Positions 1 to 13,184 of a stretch of DNA of 64,000 nt are shown one piece after another. This stretch comes from Chara braunii (Eukaryota > Plantae > Charophyceae): positions 1,116,382 through 1,180,381 of the forward strand of contig BFEA01000001.1 of the NCBI GenBank assembly GCA_003427395.1, written 5' to 3'. The translations under genes and the position numbers were made by a program. Below the pieces are notes generated by a model that worked only from the letters and a program-made list of their open reading frames with translations, ran no database searches and was not told the DNA's origin. Each line of letters opens with the position of its first letter. Position 1 is the first letter of the stretch.

Positions 1-1680
1 CTTCCACCTCAGCAATGCATGTTCCCTCTGACGTCCTCTGACATAATCACTGTGCAGATCATCACAGGGCGCCCATCCTCCCTCCACGTCAGCACTAAGT
101 TATGGAGGATGACTTTCAACGTAACACTTCGTTGATGGGTAAGGAGGAAAGAGTCGAATATGATACAAATTGTTTCTCTTGGATTGCCCTAGTATGCTGG
201 TACTCTGGACCTACCAACCCCAACATCAAACAGCGTCTACAAGGTTTACTTATATTAGCTTGTGATAAATTAACAAGAGGTAGGTGCAGCACTTCCTCAC
301 CTTCGTGGAGACGAGCAGCAGTTCACTCGTGTCGACGCCAGGTAAGTCCAGGTAAGCTTCCCCTCATCTCTCGTCAGTCCCACAGCCCTGATCCTCCTCC
401 TCCTCGCCAATCTCCAGCACCTAGTCCACAGCCATGGCGGCTATGACCGTGCCAACATACTCTCCCTCTAAGCTGGCACCCTCCAGTAGTTTCAAGCACC
501 AGCATCACACTCCAGCAGCCTCACGTCAGTCCAAGGCAGAATGCCCTCCCCTGTGGTCGGACTGACCTTTTGTAGCGTTGACCAGTCTTCCCTTTGGCAG
601 TGTCAACGCTTCAGATTTGCCCGATCTCGATGGCCTGGATGCAGCCTTGAAGCAGCAGTACCTTTTCCCAGTCGGGACTGGAATCTTCCGGATCCTGCAG
701 ACAATTGATGTGCATCTGATCTTTGGCCGAGGCTGACTACTGGGTTGACTTTGACTATGGGCCTGCTTTTCCCGTGCTTGGTCTGACTCTTGATTTTCCA
801 AGAGTCAACTAACTCACATGGGTCCTCTGGCTGCTGATTCTGACTCAGCCCTGCGTACCCCTTGACCCTAGGTACTTTCCGGGGCATTTCTCAGACTTGG
901 GGCGTTACTTTTGACCCCTGTTTCAGCACTTTTGACCAAAAGTTACGACCCATGCCCGTGGCAATGTGGATCTAAACTTAGTTCATTGCATCTTTTTTTT
1001 TTTTTGGAATTTTTTTTTGGAAAAAAAAAAAAAGAGAAGGCCTTGCATAATGCACAGATTTATGTGTTGTAGATTTAGACATTTCAGAACTCAAGAAGGG
1101 AAGGCCAACCCACGGCCACCTGTGTACCACTTACGTGCTAAACCAACTGATCTAGGTCGCAGCATCCATTTGATCACCACGGCCCCATGTGTGACGTATT
1201 TCAGATTCACCGACTGAGAAAGTCGGCCTGTCCCTTCTGGCCGGTTAACCTTAGGATAGAGTAGTTATCAGACTCGACTCTGGACTTGCTCACAACATGC
1301 ATACATGAGAACCGATGGCAAACCAAACTCGTGAACTCAGAATCAACAACGAACTTGCTCTTAAACTTTGTTCAGATCAACTGTACAACTTGCGGCTATG
1401 GCCGCCGAACATTGTCTCTACCACCAGCCTCACTCTGCCTCACTCTCACATGCACACACGTACGAGGATCACCCTGAATGTCCACGCTGCACAGACACGC
1501 ACACTCTGTACACCCTGTCTGCACCAACAGCTGGGCAGCTATGGCCGCCGTCGTCTTCCTCCTCCTGGCTATGGCTGCCGGTGTCTCTCTCCCTGGTTCG
1601 CTATGGCCGCTATCTTCTTCACAACCCACTTCTTCTCCGGGCACCTGCAGTCCTCCACACACAAGATACCAAGGCAGCTC
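1..1680 (+). repeat. Direct repeat copy A (flank plus distal part of a minus-strand LTR); partner at 8081-9760
   Basis: Same sequence at offset 8080 (cttccacctcagcaatgcat...aaggcagctc). ORF-track translations are identical. No difference seen up to 1411, then about 11 substitutions in 1412-1680. May extend upstream of the window. Confidence 0.95.
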
Positions 1681-4600
1681 TAAAGATAGATGCGATACGC
1701 GCTGGGTTCAAAGATTTTGCGCGCGACATGATGAAGTACCTGGTGGATCAGGTCCACCTGGCGATAAGTAAAAGGAAAGAATTTTGCATGGGCGCCATTG
1801 AAGGTGCCAAGTTAGCGGCTCCTAAGGAGGAGGAGCCAGCCTCACCACGCTGCGAGAAAGTCAAGATCAGTTTCCCGGAGTCCTTCAGTGGAAAGAAGGG
1901 GGAGGACTTTGACAACTAAGAGGCCAACATGCACTCCTACTTGTACTTACAGGGATCACGCCTGAGGACCACGTTTTGGTGGCCTTCCAGGCCCTTCGAG
2001 ATGAGGCGACCAGTTTTGCTAGGTCGCTCGCCCGTGTTGCAAACTGCGAGAACGACATGGTCACCTATTCTAGACTGACACCCCTCTCCGAGTTCCTGAA
2101 ATCACTCAGGGAGCGATTCTCAAATGTGACGCGGGGGCTCAAAGCCTCCGACAAACTCCAAATGATACACACGCCAATGGAAGAGCGTGCATGCTCTTAA
2201 GTCCGCTATGGACGAACTCATTGCGGTCCCTAGGTATGGAGTAACTAATGCCCAGCTTCTTAACCTCTTCTATCATGCCCCTCCCTGAGAATATTCAGGG
2301 ACACTTCTTTGAGAAGAAGAATCAGCAGGGCATGACCTATGATACTCTTAGTCGGGAGGCAGTTGCATTTGCCACCCAAGCATCGCCAGTTACCATGTTC
2401 TGGCACAGGGATCTGTCAAAGGGAAAAATGTGGAAGGGACACACCATCTCCGACCAAATTAAGGCCAAAGATAGTTTGATTCTGACGATGGAGGAAGGTG
2501 GTGCTGAGGAAGTTCCCTACTCAGACATTGAGTGGGGACTAGAGGACGAAGACAATAGCGCTGGTCAGGGGAGAACCTACGCTGCTGTCGCGGCCGGAGG
2601 GAGGCTGCAAGGAGGAGGACAAAGGTCCGGCTAGAATGGCCGAGCTCAAGGTGGCCGAGGACCGGGTGGCCAGGGGGTTGGCGGTAGCGGCAACCGCCAA
2701 GCGGGAGGAAGGGGAGGTCCCCCGTCTAACCGTCTGCGTTCCAGTCGGTCATCCCCCAGACAGGGAAGGTGGCATCCAGGCTGGCCCGAAGGCCGACCCT
2801 AGTTAGATCTGGGCATATATCAAGAAGTATGGCAAGAACGCATTAATAGTTCTCCATGTGTATTCTGCGGGGACCCAGGCCACATCATAAATTTTTTTCC
2901 CAAGTATAGGGACCGTGCTATGTCTGGGGCAGCAAAAGACAGTCACTGGTAGGGGTCGCAACTGCCCCTGCCCAGGAGTATGTGGCTCTGAGTGTGCGCA
3001 CAAAGTAGAGTCTCCCACTCCACATATCACCATGGCAAAGGTTGCAGGCCGGCATCTAGTAAGCTGTCTAGAGACGGCTTGTCTTAGGGTCTCTCTAGAC
3101 GTTTCCCTCACGGGCTTAGTCGAAGAGTTAAGAAAGAGGAGGCAAGCCTGGGCGAAGATGAAGAAGGATAGTAAAGGACAACTGATCCTCGCAGACGTAT
3201 AAATTCTTAGAGCTAGAGTAGGAGCCCAAATAGACAGTGGGGCAACTAGAAGTTATATTACTCGTCGAGCGCTGAAGAAGGTGAAGCTAAATCTAAAAGT
3301 CCAACGATTAGAGGAACCTGTAGTCAACATCCTTGCAGACAGTAGTAGGATGCGCGTTGAAGAGTATGTTGAGGAGGTCCACGCCTACTTTCGCCTCGAG
3401 AAAGATGGGAAGGTAGAGAAGGTACTGCACTCCTTGACCCTCCTCGTAGAAGAGAGTCTCCCGTTTGACATTGTCCTAGGCACTGATTGGGGAGAGGCAG
3501 CAGGAGCCACACTGCACCTTAGAGAGCACGAGTGCAGGCTCCCTAGTGCATCAGGCGAAGTCAAGAAGGTCCGCCTGTTCCACGAGTCCGGGGTAGATAA
3601 TCCCCTTGCCCATTGCTGCCTCAGTGCTCCTACATTCACCAGACTTGTGCGAAAGGAGCAACTCTAAGAGCAGGTGTGTGTAGCCTATGTTAGGCCAATT
3701 CTTGACCAGCCAAAGGAAGAGGAAAGATCCATCCTACTATCGCCAGTCTGCTGGAAGAGCACAAGGACTTATCTGAAGCACCTTCAGGAGTAGTGCCTCG
3801 ACCGATCCAGCACGTATAGAGATAGAACCTGGCAGTAGAACGCCTAAGGGGGCAGTCTACAGGATGTCTCCCAAGGAGCTAGAGGAGCTTCGCAGACAAT
3901 TAGACGAGCTCCTGGAAAAATGGATGGATAAGGCCTAGCTCATCTCCTTTCAGCGCACCTATTTTGTTTGTCCCAAAGAAGGAGGCACTTGTATGAACTA
4001 CAGGGGACTGAACGTCATTACAATCAAGAATGCAGAGCCATTACCGCGTATAGATGACATGTTAGATTGAGTGCGGGGATGCAAGTATTTCTCAAAGATA
4101 GATTTGAAGTCACGTTACCATCAGATAGAAGTGCATCCTGACGATCAGTATAAGACGATGTTCAAGACAAGGTATGGGCATTATGAGTTCATAGTGATGT
4201 CGTTTGGACTTACTAATGCACCGACTTCATTTCAGCGCTGCATGAACGACTTGTTTAGACCGTGGTTAAACCGATTCGTCGTAGTTTATTTAGACGACAT
4301 CTTAGTCTTCAGCAAAACCCTCGAGGAACATGAGGGCCACGAAAGATTCTAAGCAAGTTGAGAGAGTCTAACTTCAAGATTAACCCGAAGAAGTGCGAAT
4401 GGGCCAAGACAGAGGTCCTTTACCTAGGCCATGTACTAGACGGCGACGACATTCGGCCTGAGGACAAGAAGATTACATCCATTAGAGACTGGCCAGCTCC
4501 TAAGACGCTGACAGAGTTGCGCTCATTCTTAGGACTAGCTAGCTACTATAGGAAGTTTGTGAGGAACTTCTCCACGATCGCTGCTCTCCTTCGTAGGTTA

Positions 4601-6570
4601 CTGAAGAAAAAGACTATCTGGAGATGGGATCAAGATTGTACACCAGCCTTCAAGAAATTGAAGAAGGCCTTAATAGAATACCCTGTCCTCAAAGTTGATG
4701 ATCCATCATTACCATTTGTTGTTACTAGAGACGCTAGTCAGTATGGCATAGGTGTCGTTTTGCAGCAAGATGACGGCAACGATTATAGACCCGTAGATTC
4801 ATTCCCGCCAGGCTGCCCTCAAAGAAAGTTGCAGCATCGACATATGAGAGGGAACTCTACGTTTCAGGCAGGCGTTAGATCACTGGAAGCACTACCTGCT
4901 TGGGAGGCACTTCAAGGTTTACTCAGACCACGAGACTCTTAGATGGCTAAAGCCACAGGCCAAGATGACGCCCATGTTGACTAGATGGGTTGCTGAGATA
5001 GACCAGTATGACTTTGAGTTAAAGCCCGTGAAAGGAAAGTACAACGTGGTAGCCGATGCTCTGAATAGGAGAGCTGATTACTTCGGCGTGATAGTGCACT
5101 ATCTAGACACAGGGGCCGATCTGCAGCAGAAGGTAAGAGATGCCTACGCACAAGACCAGATCTACAATGAGCTGCTGAAAAGAGTAAAGGAAGCCCCAGA
5201 TAACGAACCGCACTACGGAACCACGAATGGACTACTGTTTGAGAAGACCAATGTCGCTGACAGACTATGTGTCCCCAACAATGAAGAGATCCGTAGCTTG
5301 ATCTTATGGGAATGCCACGATACAGAAGGGCATTTTGGATGGCAAAAGACTTTAGCTAACTTGATGATGTCATACATGTGGCCAGGTATGAAAAGAGACT
5401 GCATAGAGTATGTGCGCAACTGCAAGGTATGCCAACGTAATAAGACTACAACCAGAGCGCCACTAGGTCTTCTTAGACCGTTGCCTATTCCATCAGGATC
5501 TGGGGATTCAGTTTCCATCGACTTCATGGATACTGGGGCCAGAAGTAGGCACGACAAAACTCAAGTCGTGGTCATAGTAGATAGATTTAGTAAGTATGCA
5601 GTATTTGTTCCCCTGCCTTCCGAGGCACGTACAAACTTAGTCATTAGTAAGTTTTTCGACTTCTGGGTAAGTGAGCATGGCATGCCGCTGCCGCTGTCCA
5701 TAGTTAGTGATAGGGACATGTGGTTTACTAGTCAGAATTGGCAGGATCTTATGAAAATCTAACGGCCAGACAAAGCAGATGAATAAGATCTTGCAACAGC
5801 TACTCATAATGTATATTAGACCAGATCAGGTAAACTAGGATGATATGCTTCCCAAAGTAGCAAGCGCCTACAATAATAGTGTCCACCTAGCAACTTGCAG
5901 GACTCCTAATGAGCTACATAAGTCCTTTAGACCTAGGTGACCGTTTGAGGGACTAAACCGGGACCAGAAACAGAGACTACCACCCGACACACGAGAGTTT
6001 GCGTTGCAGCATGAGCAGGAAGTCGCTAAGGTCATAGACAATCTGAGAAAAGCCCAGCATCGGATGCTAGAGCAAGCTAACAAGCGCCGCCGACCTTCAC
6101 AGTTCCAGGTAGGCGATCTAGTCTGGGTCAACTCAAAGGAGTCCGCACCAGAGGAAAACATCTCGCAGAAGCTCTTACCTGCGTATAGAGGACCATGGCC
6201 TGTCCTAGAAGTCAAAGGAGGAGAGGACGGCCCATCTTACACGATAGAAATCCCAGCACACCTCCACACGTACCCGATCTTCCATGCGTCCAAGTTGCTC
6301 CCTCGCACCACATCCGACAGATTTCCTTCCCAAAGGTGAATGATTCTGCCAGACATGGATGGTGCATATGACATAGATCACATAGTGGAAGAAGACATGT
6401 TCATGACCGGAGGTCGCGGTCGTCCCCAAAAACAATACAAGGTTAGGTTCGCATACCAGGAACCCGAGGACGACCGATGGTTTATAAGAACAGAGCTTCT
6501 AGAAACCGCTCCCAACATAGTACACATCTATGAGAGGGAAAGAAAGGTCAAAGGTCCTACCTTGAGTTAG
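1681..6570 (+). pseudogene. Degenerate gag-pol polyprotein (gag, aspartic protease, RT, RNase H, integrase, chromodomain)
   Basis: FPESFSGKKGEDF gag motif, CVFCGDPGH knuckle remnant, IDSGAT protease site (~3230), FSKIDLKSRYHQI and YLDD RT motifs, DASQYGIG RNase H, H-H-C-C zinc finger, SIDF/IVDRFSK/IVSDRD integrase core, YRGPW, YKVRF chromodomain. Many stops and frameshifts. Confidence 0.95.
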
Positions 6571-6589
6571 GGTGTTCTCGGAGGACCTC

Positions 6590-6608
6590 AAATTTAGGAT
6601 GGCGGGAG
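6590..6608 (+). promoter_or_regulatory. Polypurine tract
   Basis: aaatttaggatggcgggag lies between the pol stop and the TG that begins the LTR. Confidence 0.65.
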
Positions 6609-7188
6609 TGAAACGGTTTCACTCAGTTGACCCGACTTTGCAGACACAGAGATTCGATCCCCAGACCTGTGCCCTAACCCTGTACATTGAACCTGTGGGC
6701 TGAGTGAGATTCGATCCTAGACCTATCCTATACCTGTACATAGACTCAGTGACCTGAGTAGGATTCGATCCCTAGACCTGCCCCACGTCCTAGGCTAGTC
6801 TGTAGGTTGGACAATAGGACTTGATCCCTAGGTCTGTAGATTAGGAGCTAGGTCTGTTACCGTTAGGATAGGAAGGTCTGTTCTAGAAGTCTCTATCTGA
6901 GTCTACTGAGGCCTAGAGTCTGTCTGTAAGTCTGTAGGCTCTAGAAGGTCGTAGGTCCCTGTAGGCCAGTCCAGTCAGCAAGTACCAGGGGTAGGGGCTG
7001 CACATGGGGAAGGTTCTGGAGCACGATGTGGGTTTCACACGTTTTGGCCCAGAAGGCCAAACGTCTGGAAACTTCCCTGGGCCACACGTTTTGGCTCAGG
7101 TCCACACGTTTTGAGGCAGGCCCGGGCACCTCCAAAGAGGTATAAATAAAGAGGCAACGTCCAGCCATTCATTCATTCGCCTGTGTGC
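6609..7188 (+). repeat. 5' portion of the 3' LTR, truncated at the inversion breakpoint
   Basis: Starts tgaaacggtttca after the PPT. Reverse complement of 9770-10351 with scattered mismatches. Contains tataaata at 7141 and several gattcgatccc..gacct sub-repeats. Confidence 0.9.
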
Positions 7189-7752
7189 CCACTTTGGGCC
7201 AGGGTCTCCACTTTAGTAGCTAGCTCGGTCTCAACCCTGATCTTTCCCATCCTGGCTTTTGCCGCTTTCAGGTCCCTTTCTGCTCGCTCCGCCGCCTCCA
7301 AACGCCTGACTTTCTCTTGGGACAAACGCCACTTCCATGCCCTTTGTTGTTCTTCTTCCTTTGCTCTTCTCCTTACCAGGTCCCTCTCTGCCTCTAACTC
7401 TCTCCTCGCCGCCTCTCTCTCTTCTTGGGGTATGGCCAGCTCGACCTCCCTATCTTCCCCCAATTCCAAGTTTGCGGTCCATTCTTGTGTTGTCTTCTCA
7501 ATCTCCTCCTCCATACTCGTGTTGGCTTCACCTCTTCTCCTTACCAACGACACTTCTTCCTCCACCTTCTTTTCTTCTTCTTCTTCTTTTTCCACCTCCG
7601 CTTGTATAGCCGCCATCTTCTCCTCCTGCTCCCTCGTCCACTTCTGCAACTCTTCCTCCATCTGCTTCTTCTTTGCTTCCTGCTCCTCCACCAGGGCCAG
7701 CATCTTGGCCTGCTTGATTAACTCTCTCTTCTCCATCCTCTCCTTCCTTTCT
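7189..7752 (-). pseudogene. Coiled-coil (E/K/R-rich) N-terminal region of the retroelement gag ORF
   Basis: ORF 7173..7766(-), ending at the inversion breakpoint and starting at the N at 7753. Becomes collinear with gag at 1681 if the inversion is reversed. Confidence 0.65.
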
Positions 7753-8080
7753 NGTGAATGTTGCATCTATGCTGCTGGTTGTTGCCACTTTCATCATTGC
7801 TAGATCCTAGGCTGTTAGTGCATTTCACTTTCTGATATGCTACACTCGTTGAGAAGCTAGTCCGCAATGCAATAGAAGTCTGAACCCAGCGCACCTCATG
7901 AAGTCTCCAAAAAACAATTACAACCTCATATCTCGATCATATACACAATTCAAGAGCATCATCTCATCAAAGAAGAGCATGCGAGGAGAGAAAGAGGAGG
8001 GGAAAGACAGAGAAGAGGAGGAGGAGAGTCTCAATAATAATCAATAGTACATATATGTCTCTCTCTCCCCTCCACTCCCA

Positions 8081-9760
8081 CTTCCACCTCAGCAATGCAT
8101 GTTCCCTCTGACGTCCTCTGACATAATCACTGTGCAGATCATCACAGGGCGCCCATCCTCCCTCCACGTCAGCACTAAGTTATGGAGGATGACTTTCAAC
8201 GTAACACTTCGTTGATGGGTAAGGAGGAAAGAGTCGAATATGATACAAATTGTTTCTCTTGGATTGCCCTAGTATGCTGGTACTCTGGACCTACCAACCC
8301 CAACATCAAACAGCGTCTACAAGGTTTACTTATATTAGCTTGTGATAAATTAACAAGAGGTAGGTGCAGCACTTCCTCACCTTCGTGGAGACGAGCAGCA
8401 GTTCACTCGTGTCGACGCCAGGTAAGTCCAGGTAAGCTTCCCCTCATCTCTCGTCAGTCCCACAGCCCTGATCCTCCTCCTCCTCGCCAATCTCCAGCAC
8501 CTAGTCCACAGCCATGGCGGCTATGACCGTGCCAACATACTCTCCCTCTAAGCTGGCACCCTCCAGTAGTTTCAAGCACCAGCATCACACTCCAGCAGCC
8601 TCACGTCAGTCCAAGGCAGAATGCCCTCCCCTGTGGTCGGACTGACCTTTTGTAGCGTTGACCAGTCTTCCCTTTGGCAGTGTCAACGCTTCAGATTTGC
8701 CCGATCTCGATGGCCTGGATGCAGCCTTGAAGCAGCAGTACCTTTTCCCAGTCGGGACTGGAATCTTCCGGATCCTGCAGACAATTGATGTGCATCTGAT
8801 CTTTGGCCGAGGCTGACTACTGGGTTGACTTTGACTATGGGCCTGCTTTTCCCGTGCTTGGTCTGACTCTTGATTTTCCAAGAGTCAACTAACTCACATG
8901 GGTCCTCTGGCTGCTGATTCTGACTCAGCCCTGCGTACCCCTTGACCCTAGGTACTTTCCGGGGCATTTCTCAGACTTGGGGCGTTACTTTTGACCCCTG
9001 TTTCAGCACTTTTGACCAAAAGTTACGACCCATGCCCGTGGCAATGTGGATCTAAACTTAGTTCATTGCATCTTTTTTTTTTTTTGGAATTTTTTTTTGG
9101 AAAAAAAAAAAAAGAGAAGGCCTTGCATAATGCACAGATTTATGTGTTGTAGATTTAGACATTTCAGAACTCAAGAAGGGAAGGCCAACCCACGGCCACC
9201 TGTGTACCACTTACGTGCTAAACCAACTGATCTAGGTCGCAGCATCCATTTGATCACCACGGCCCCATGTGTGACGTATTTCAGATTCACCGACTGAGAA
9301 AGTCGGCCTGTCCCTTCTGGCCGGTTAACCTTAGGATAGAGTAGTTATCAGACTCGACTCTGGACTTGCTCACAACATGCATACATGAGAACCGATGGCA
9401 AACCAAACTCGTGAACTCAGAATCAACAACGAACTTGCTCTTAAACTTTGTTCAGATCAACTGTACAACTTGCGGCTATGGCCGCCGAACACTGTCTCTA
9501 CAACCAGCCTCACTCTCCCTCTCTCTCACATGCACGCACGTACAAGGATCACCCTGAATGTCCACGCTGCACAGACACACACACTCTGTACACCCTGTCT
9601 GCACCAACAGCTGGGCGGCTATGGCCGCCGTCGTCTTCCTCCTCCTGGCTATGGCCGCCGGTGTCTCTCTCCCTGGTTCGCTATGGCCGCTACCTTCTTC
9701 ACAACCCACTTCTTCTCCGGGCACCTGCAGTCCTCCACGCACAAGATACCAAGGCAGCTC
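8081..9760 (+). repeat. Direct repeat copy B of 1-1680
   Basis: See copy A. Confidence 0.95.
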
Positions 9761-10353
9761 TTCCGCATAGCACACAGGCGAATGAACGAATGGCTGGACG
9801 CTGCCTCTTTATTTATACCTCTTTGGAGGTACCCGGGCCTGCCTCAAAACGTGTGGACCTGGGCCAAAACGTGTGGCCCAGGGAAGTTTCCAGACGTTTG
9901 GCCTTCTTGGCCAAAACGTGTGAAACCCACAGCGTGCTCCAGAACCTTCCCCACGTGCAGCCCCTACCCCTAGTACTTGCTGACTGGACTGGCCTACAGG
10001 GATCTACGACCTTCTAGAGCCTACAGACTTACAGACAGACTCTAGGCCTCAGTAGACTCAGATAGAGACTTCTAGAACAGACCTTCCTAAGCCTAACGGT
10101 AACAGACCGAGCTCCTAATCTACAGACCTAGGGATCAAGTCCTACTGTCTGACCTACAGACTAGCCTAGGACGTGGGGCAGGTCTAGGGATCGAATCCTA
10201 CTCAGGTCACTGAGTCTATGTACAGGTATAGGATAGGTCTAGGGATCGAATCTCACTCAGCACACAGGTTCAATGTACAGGGTTAGGGCAGAGGTCTGGG
10301 GATCGAATCTCTGTGTCTGCACAGTCGTGTCAACTGAGTGAAACCGTTTCACA
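9268..10353 (-). mobile_element. Solo LTR (~1.08 kb) of the first Ty3/gypsy family
   Basis: TG...CA ends. Homologous to 6609-7188 and 1188-1680. Flanked by gcccca at 9262-9267 and 10354-10359 (possible TSD, ends uncertain by 2-4 bp). Confidence 0.8.
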
Positions 10354-10629
10354 GCCCCAACCTTGCAGAAAGCTTTTTTCGTCACAAGCAAAACTCGGAG
10401 GGGCCGCCCAGCGTGGAGCGCCCTTGGAAAAAAAAAAATTGGTGACCTCCGAACTGGTGCGGGTTTCATGCTGACACCTGTGGGCCAATGTGTGGTGTAC
10501 TGGTGCTTTAAGGCTGTTCCTCTGTCAGATGTAGAAAGACCCTAAAACCCAGAGTACATAACTCGGGGTAGGTAGTGTGTGATAAAAGAATATTGAGAGA
10601 AGAATATATAGTAAGAATGCAGCTGGTCC

Positions 10630-11335
10630 CCATACATTGTCTAGCACTTGCTTTTCCAATTGCCGCTTCAGTGTCGATACATTGTCTAGGATGCAGCGGT
10701 GCGTTTCAAATCCTGCGTGATCAATGTGCATGGTTTGTAAGGGCTAGTACTAGGAGAACAACTGCTTTGTCCACAATCTTATATGGGAGTGTCAAGGGGA
10801 GATGGATCTCTAGTCCCAAATATCCTCCAACGCCCCTTTTTTTATCTACTAGTGTCACTACACTGTTGCTGAGGAATTCTCCCATGCCGCCTTCGTCCCA
10901 GCTGTCCCCTTAAACCAGGAGGTTGTCTCCAATCTCAGGCCAAAATTCTACCCATGTGAGGCGATTCATTATTGTTCATTTCATGCAGAGAGAAAAGTCT
11001 CTCTTCGTTGGAGATGGGATGGTCTTAGCTCGTTGTCTTGTTTGTCTATGATGTCTTCTCCTAGATCTTCAGCCATTTTTGTTCTAGCATTTCGATTCAC
11101 CCTAGGTGTGCAAGATGGTGTTTTCAATTGGTACAGTTCTTCACAGAAACCCTGGGCTATTTCGAACATCCCACTAGCATCTGACCTTCTAGCTGATAGA
11201 TCTCCTACTTCCATAGGGCACTCAATGGTTCTTGCTCTGTTGTTGGCTTTAATGCAGGGACAGCGTTTCATTCAATGCATGGTCCATCGTTGTAGCCCAG
11301 ATTTGGAGGGCCCCCAGTTCCCGATGTCTCCATAG
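10630..11335 (-). pseudogene. Degenerate L1/Tx1-like LINE ORF2 fragment (linker and start of RT)
   Basis: Minus strand reads FCEELY, KKGALEDIWD*RSIS..LPYKIV and DHAGFETHRCILDNV, matching the LINE RT N-terminal motifs KKG....N.RPISL..YKI and Q.GF..GR.I.DN. Confidence 0.7.
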
Positions 11336-11612
11336 GACCATCTCCTCTCTTACTTACTGTAGTGCAGACTCTGGGTGCAGTGACAAATTGAGCTCTGCTA
11401 TTTTTTTTTGCTGTTTCTAACACCAGTACACCCGGGTCTGGCTGCACCACACTGTGGGCCAAGCTTTTCCGAACCACCAGTGGTGCAGTTTTTTTTTTCT
11501 TTTTCGGCTGGCGCAGCCAGCGATAGTGGTCCAGTAGCCCCGAGCCTCCGGAATTTTAGGAGCCGGTAATGAAGACATCTTGCAAGGCTGGGGCCGTGTA
11601 GTGGCGGTTTAA

Positions 11613-11759
11613 ACCACCAGTACATGCCATACATCCGCCGTGGGCCTGTTCGGAGGCCGAAACACTATGCCGAACCCCAATATATTTTATCGACGGCGCG
11701 CCGGCTCCAACTTTTTCGGAGTAGGTGACGAACAATTCTCTGGGCCATGTACTAGCGGT
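11613..11759. mobile_element. Small MITE-like element flanked by TTAA
   Basis: Imperfect terminal inverted repeats accaccagtacatg / catgtactagcggt, with ttaa at 11609-11612 and 11760-11763. Confidence 0.5.
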
Positions 11760-11817
11760 TTAAGGTACTCCTATTTTCATTTCCCTTTTCGACCCTATTT
11801 TTCTTTTCCTATTGTGT

Positions 11818-13130
11818 TGTGAAAGGCCTTCAACGATTTAGACCCCAAATTCGGATCTCAGGGTCAGATGTCCAGGTCAAGAAAAGGCTGAGTCTGTCAA
11901 ACTCAGAAAAGTCACAATCGGGTACCTCAGCAGTCTGTTCCAACAGGCACCCAGCAAACAGTCGCATCTCAGGGACAAGAGTCATGTCTCATAATAAAAG
12001 CCATTCAGAGGAGTCACACCCCACGAGTGAAAAGGCAAGTTCACAAGTAGGAGTCATGTCTCAAAGACAGGAGTCACGTTTCTTAATGAAAAATCATATT
12101 GAAGAGTCACATCCCACGAGTAAAGGCAGTAACACAGGCAAAAGTCGTGACCCACAGGCAGGAGTCACTATCCACAGTCAAAAGTCATGTTCTCAAATGA
12201 AAAGTCATGACCCAAAGGTCCAAGCAGCAGCAGACCCATGGAAATTCGGGAAGGTTCCAGGCCTTGACATTCAGAAGCAGACAGGCCGTAGGGATGTGGT
12301 ACCGGGACCAGTCAGGCCCCAGGAAGCAGACTCTGGCACGAGTTGAAGTGCATTCCAAGACTACAAAAGGACTGGCCAGCCTACCATTCGGAAAAATGCT
12401 CATTCGCACGAGAGTGTGGAAGTGCTTGTGCACTTGTGCGCAAGCGTGGGAGCTGCGCTATGCCAGAGAGCGTGCGGAGCGTGATGAGAGAGAGGAAGTA
12501 GACGCTGGCAGAGAAGAAGGCAGCCATAGCTGCGCCGGCACAAGGAGGCAACGTAGTTAGTAGTTATTAGTAATAAGGCAGTGAGTAGTATTCAGAGTTG
12601 ATCCTCATCTGTGTGTTAGTAGTAGGGAGTGCGCATGTGAGAGAAGAGGAAGACTGAAGAGTGAAGACCAGAACCATCAAATGAGAAACAGAGATAAGAG
12701 GGAGAGAGAGCGAGCTATAGTAGATGCTTACCTGAAGGGTGTTGAACTTGATGTTGGAAACAAGCGCTGATGAGCGCAGACGCTGAGATTCTTGATGATG
12801 GAAGAAGACTTGTAATCTTACTGTGCGTTGGACAGTTGAACTTTTGAATCTCTCTTTTAAATCTAGTTGTGATAATTGAGCTGGGCCATCTGGTTTTCTA
12901 CTTATCTATTCTTTGTGCAATGTGTGAGACAATGCAAGCTGTGAATCTGTGAGGCATGTATGTTGGTTTGAGCACTCAATCATGTGCTGAGCTCTGAGGC
13001 TCATTGCAGTGCTATTTTTGACCCCGAACTTCCAAAGGACAGGGATTCTCTTTGGAAAATTTTACTTTTCCTACTGGTCCCAAAATCTGGAGCTCTCTTC
13101 TGGACTATTAAAAGGGCCTTTACCCGTTCA
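11818..13130 (+). mobile_element. Solo-LTR-like unit 1
   Basis: tgtgaaagg...cccgttca ends, internal gagtca sub-repeats, blocks shared with 13185-15091 (gtgagtag.attcagagt.gatcctcat; gtgataat..gagctg.gc.atctggtt). No TSD found. Confidence 0.4.
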
Positions 13131-13184
13131 GGACCTGAATGACGAACGCAGCATAATGGGGCCCACTCCGCCAGAACTCAACTC

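Larger units (their letters stand above)
1188..7752. mobile_element. Rearranged Ty3/gypsy chromovirus-type LTR retrotransposon with internal inversion of 1681-7188
   Basis: gag-PR-RT-RH-INT-chromodomain remnants, a PPT and two LTR pieces in opposite orientations (1188-1680 minus, 6609-7188 plus) that together rebuild the LTR seen at 9268-10353. Confidence 0.85.
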
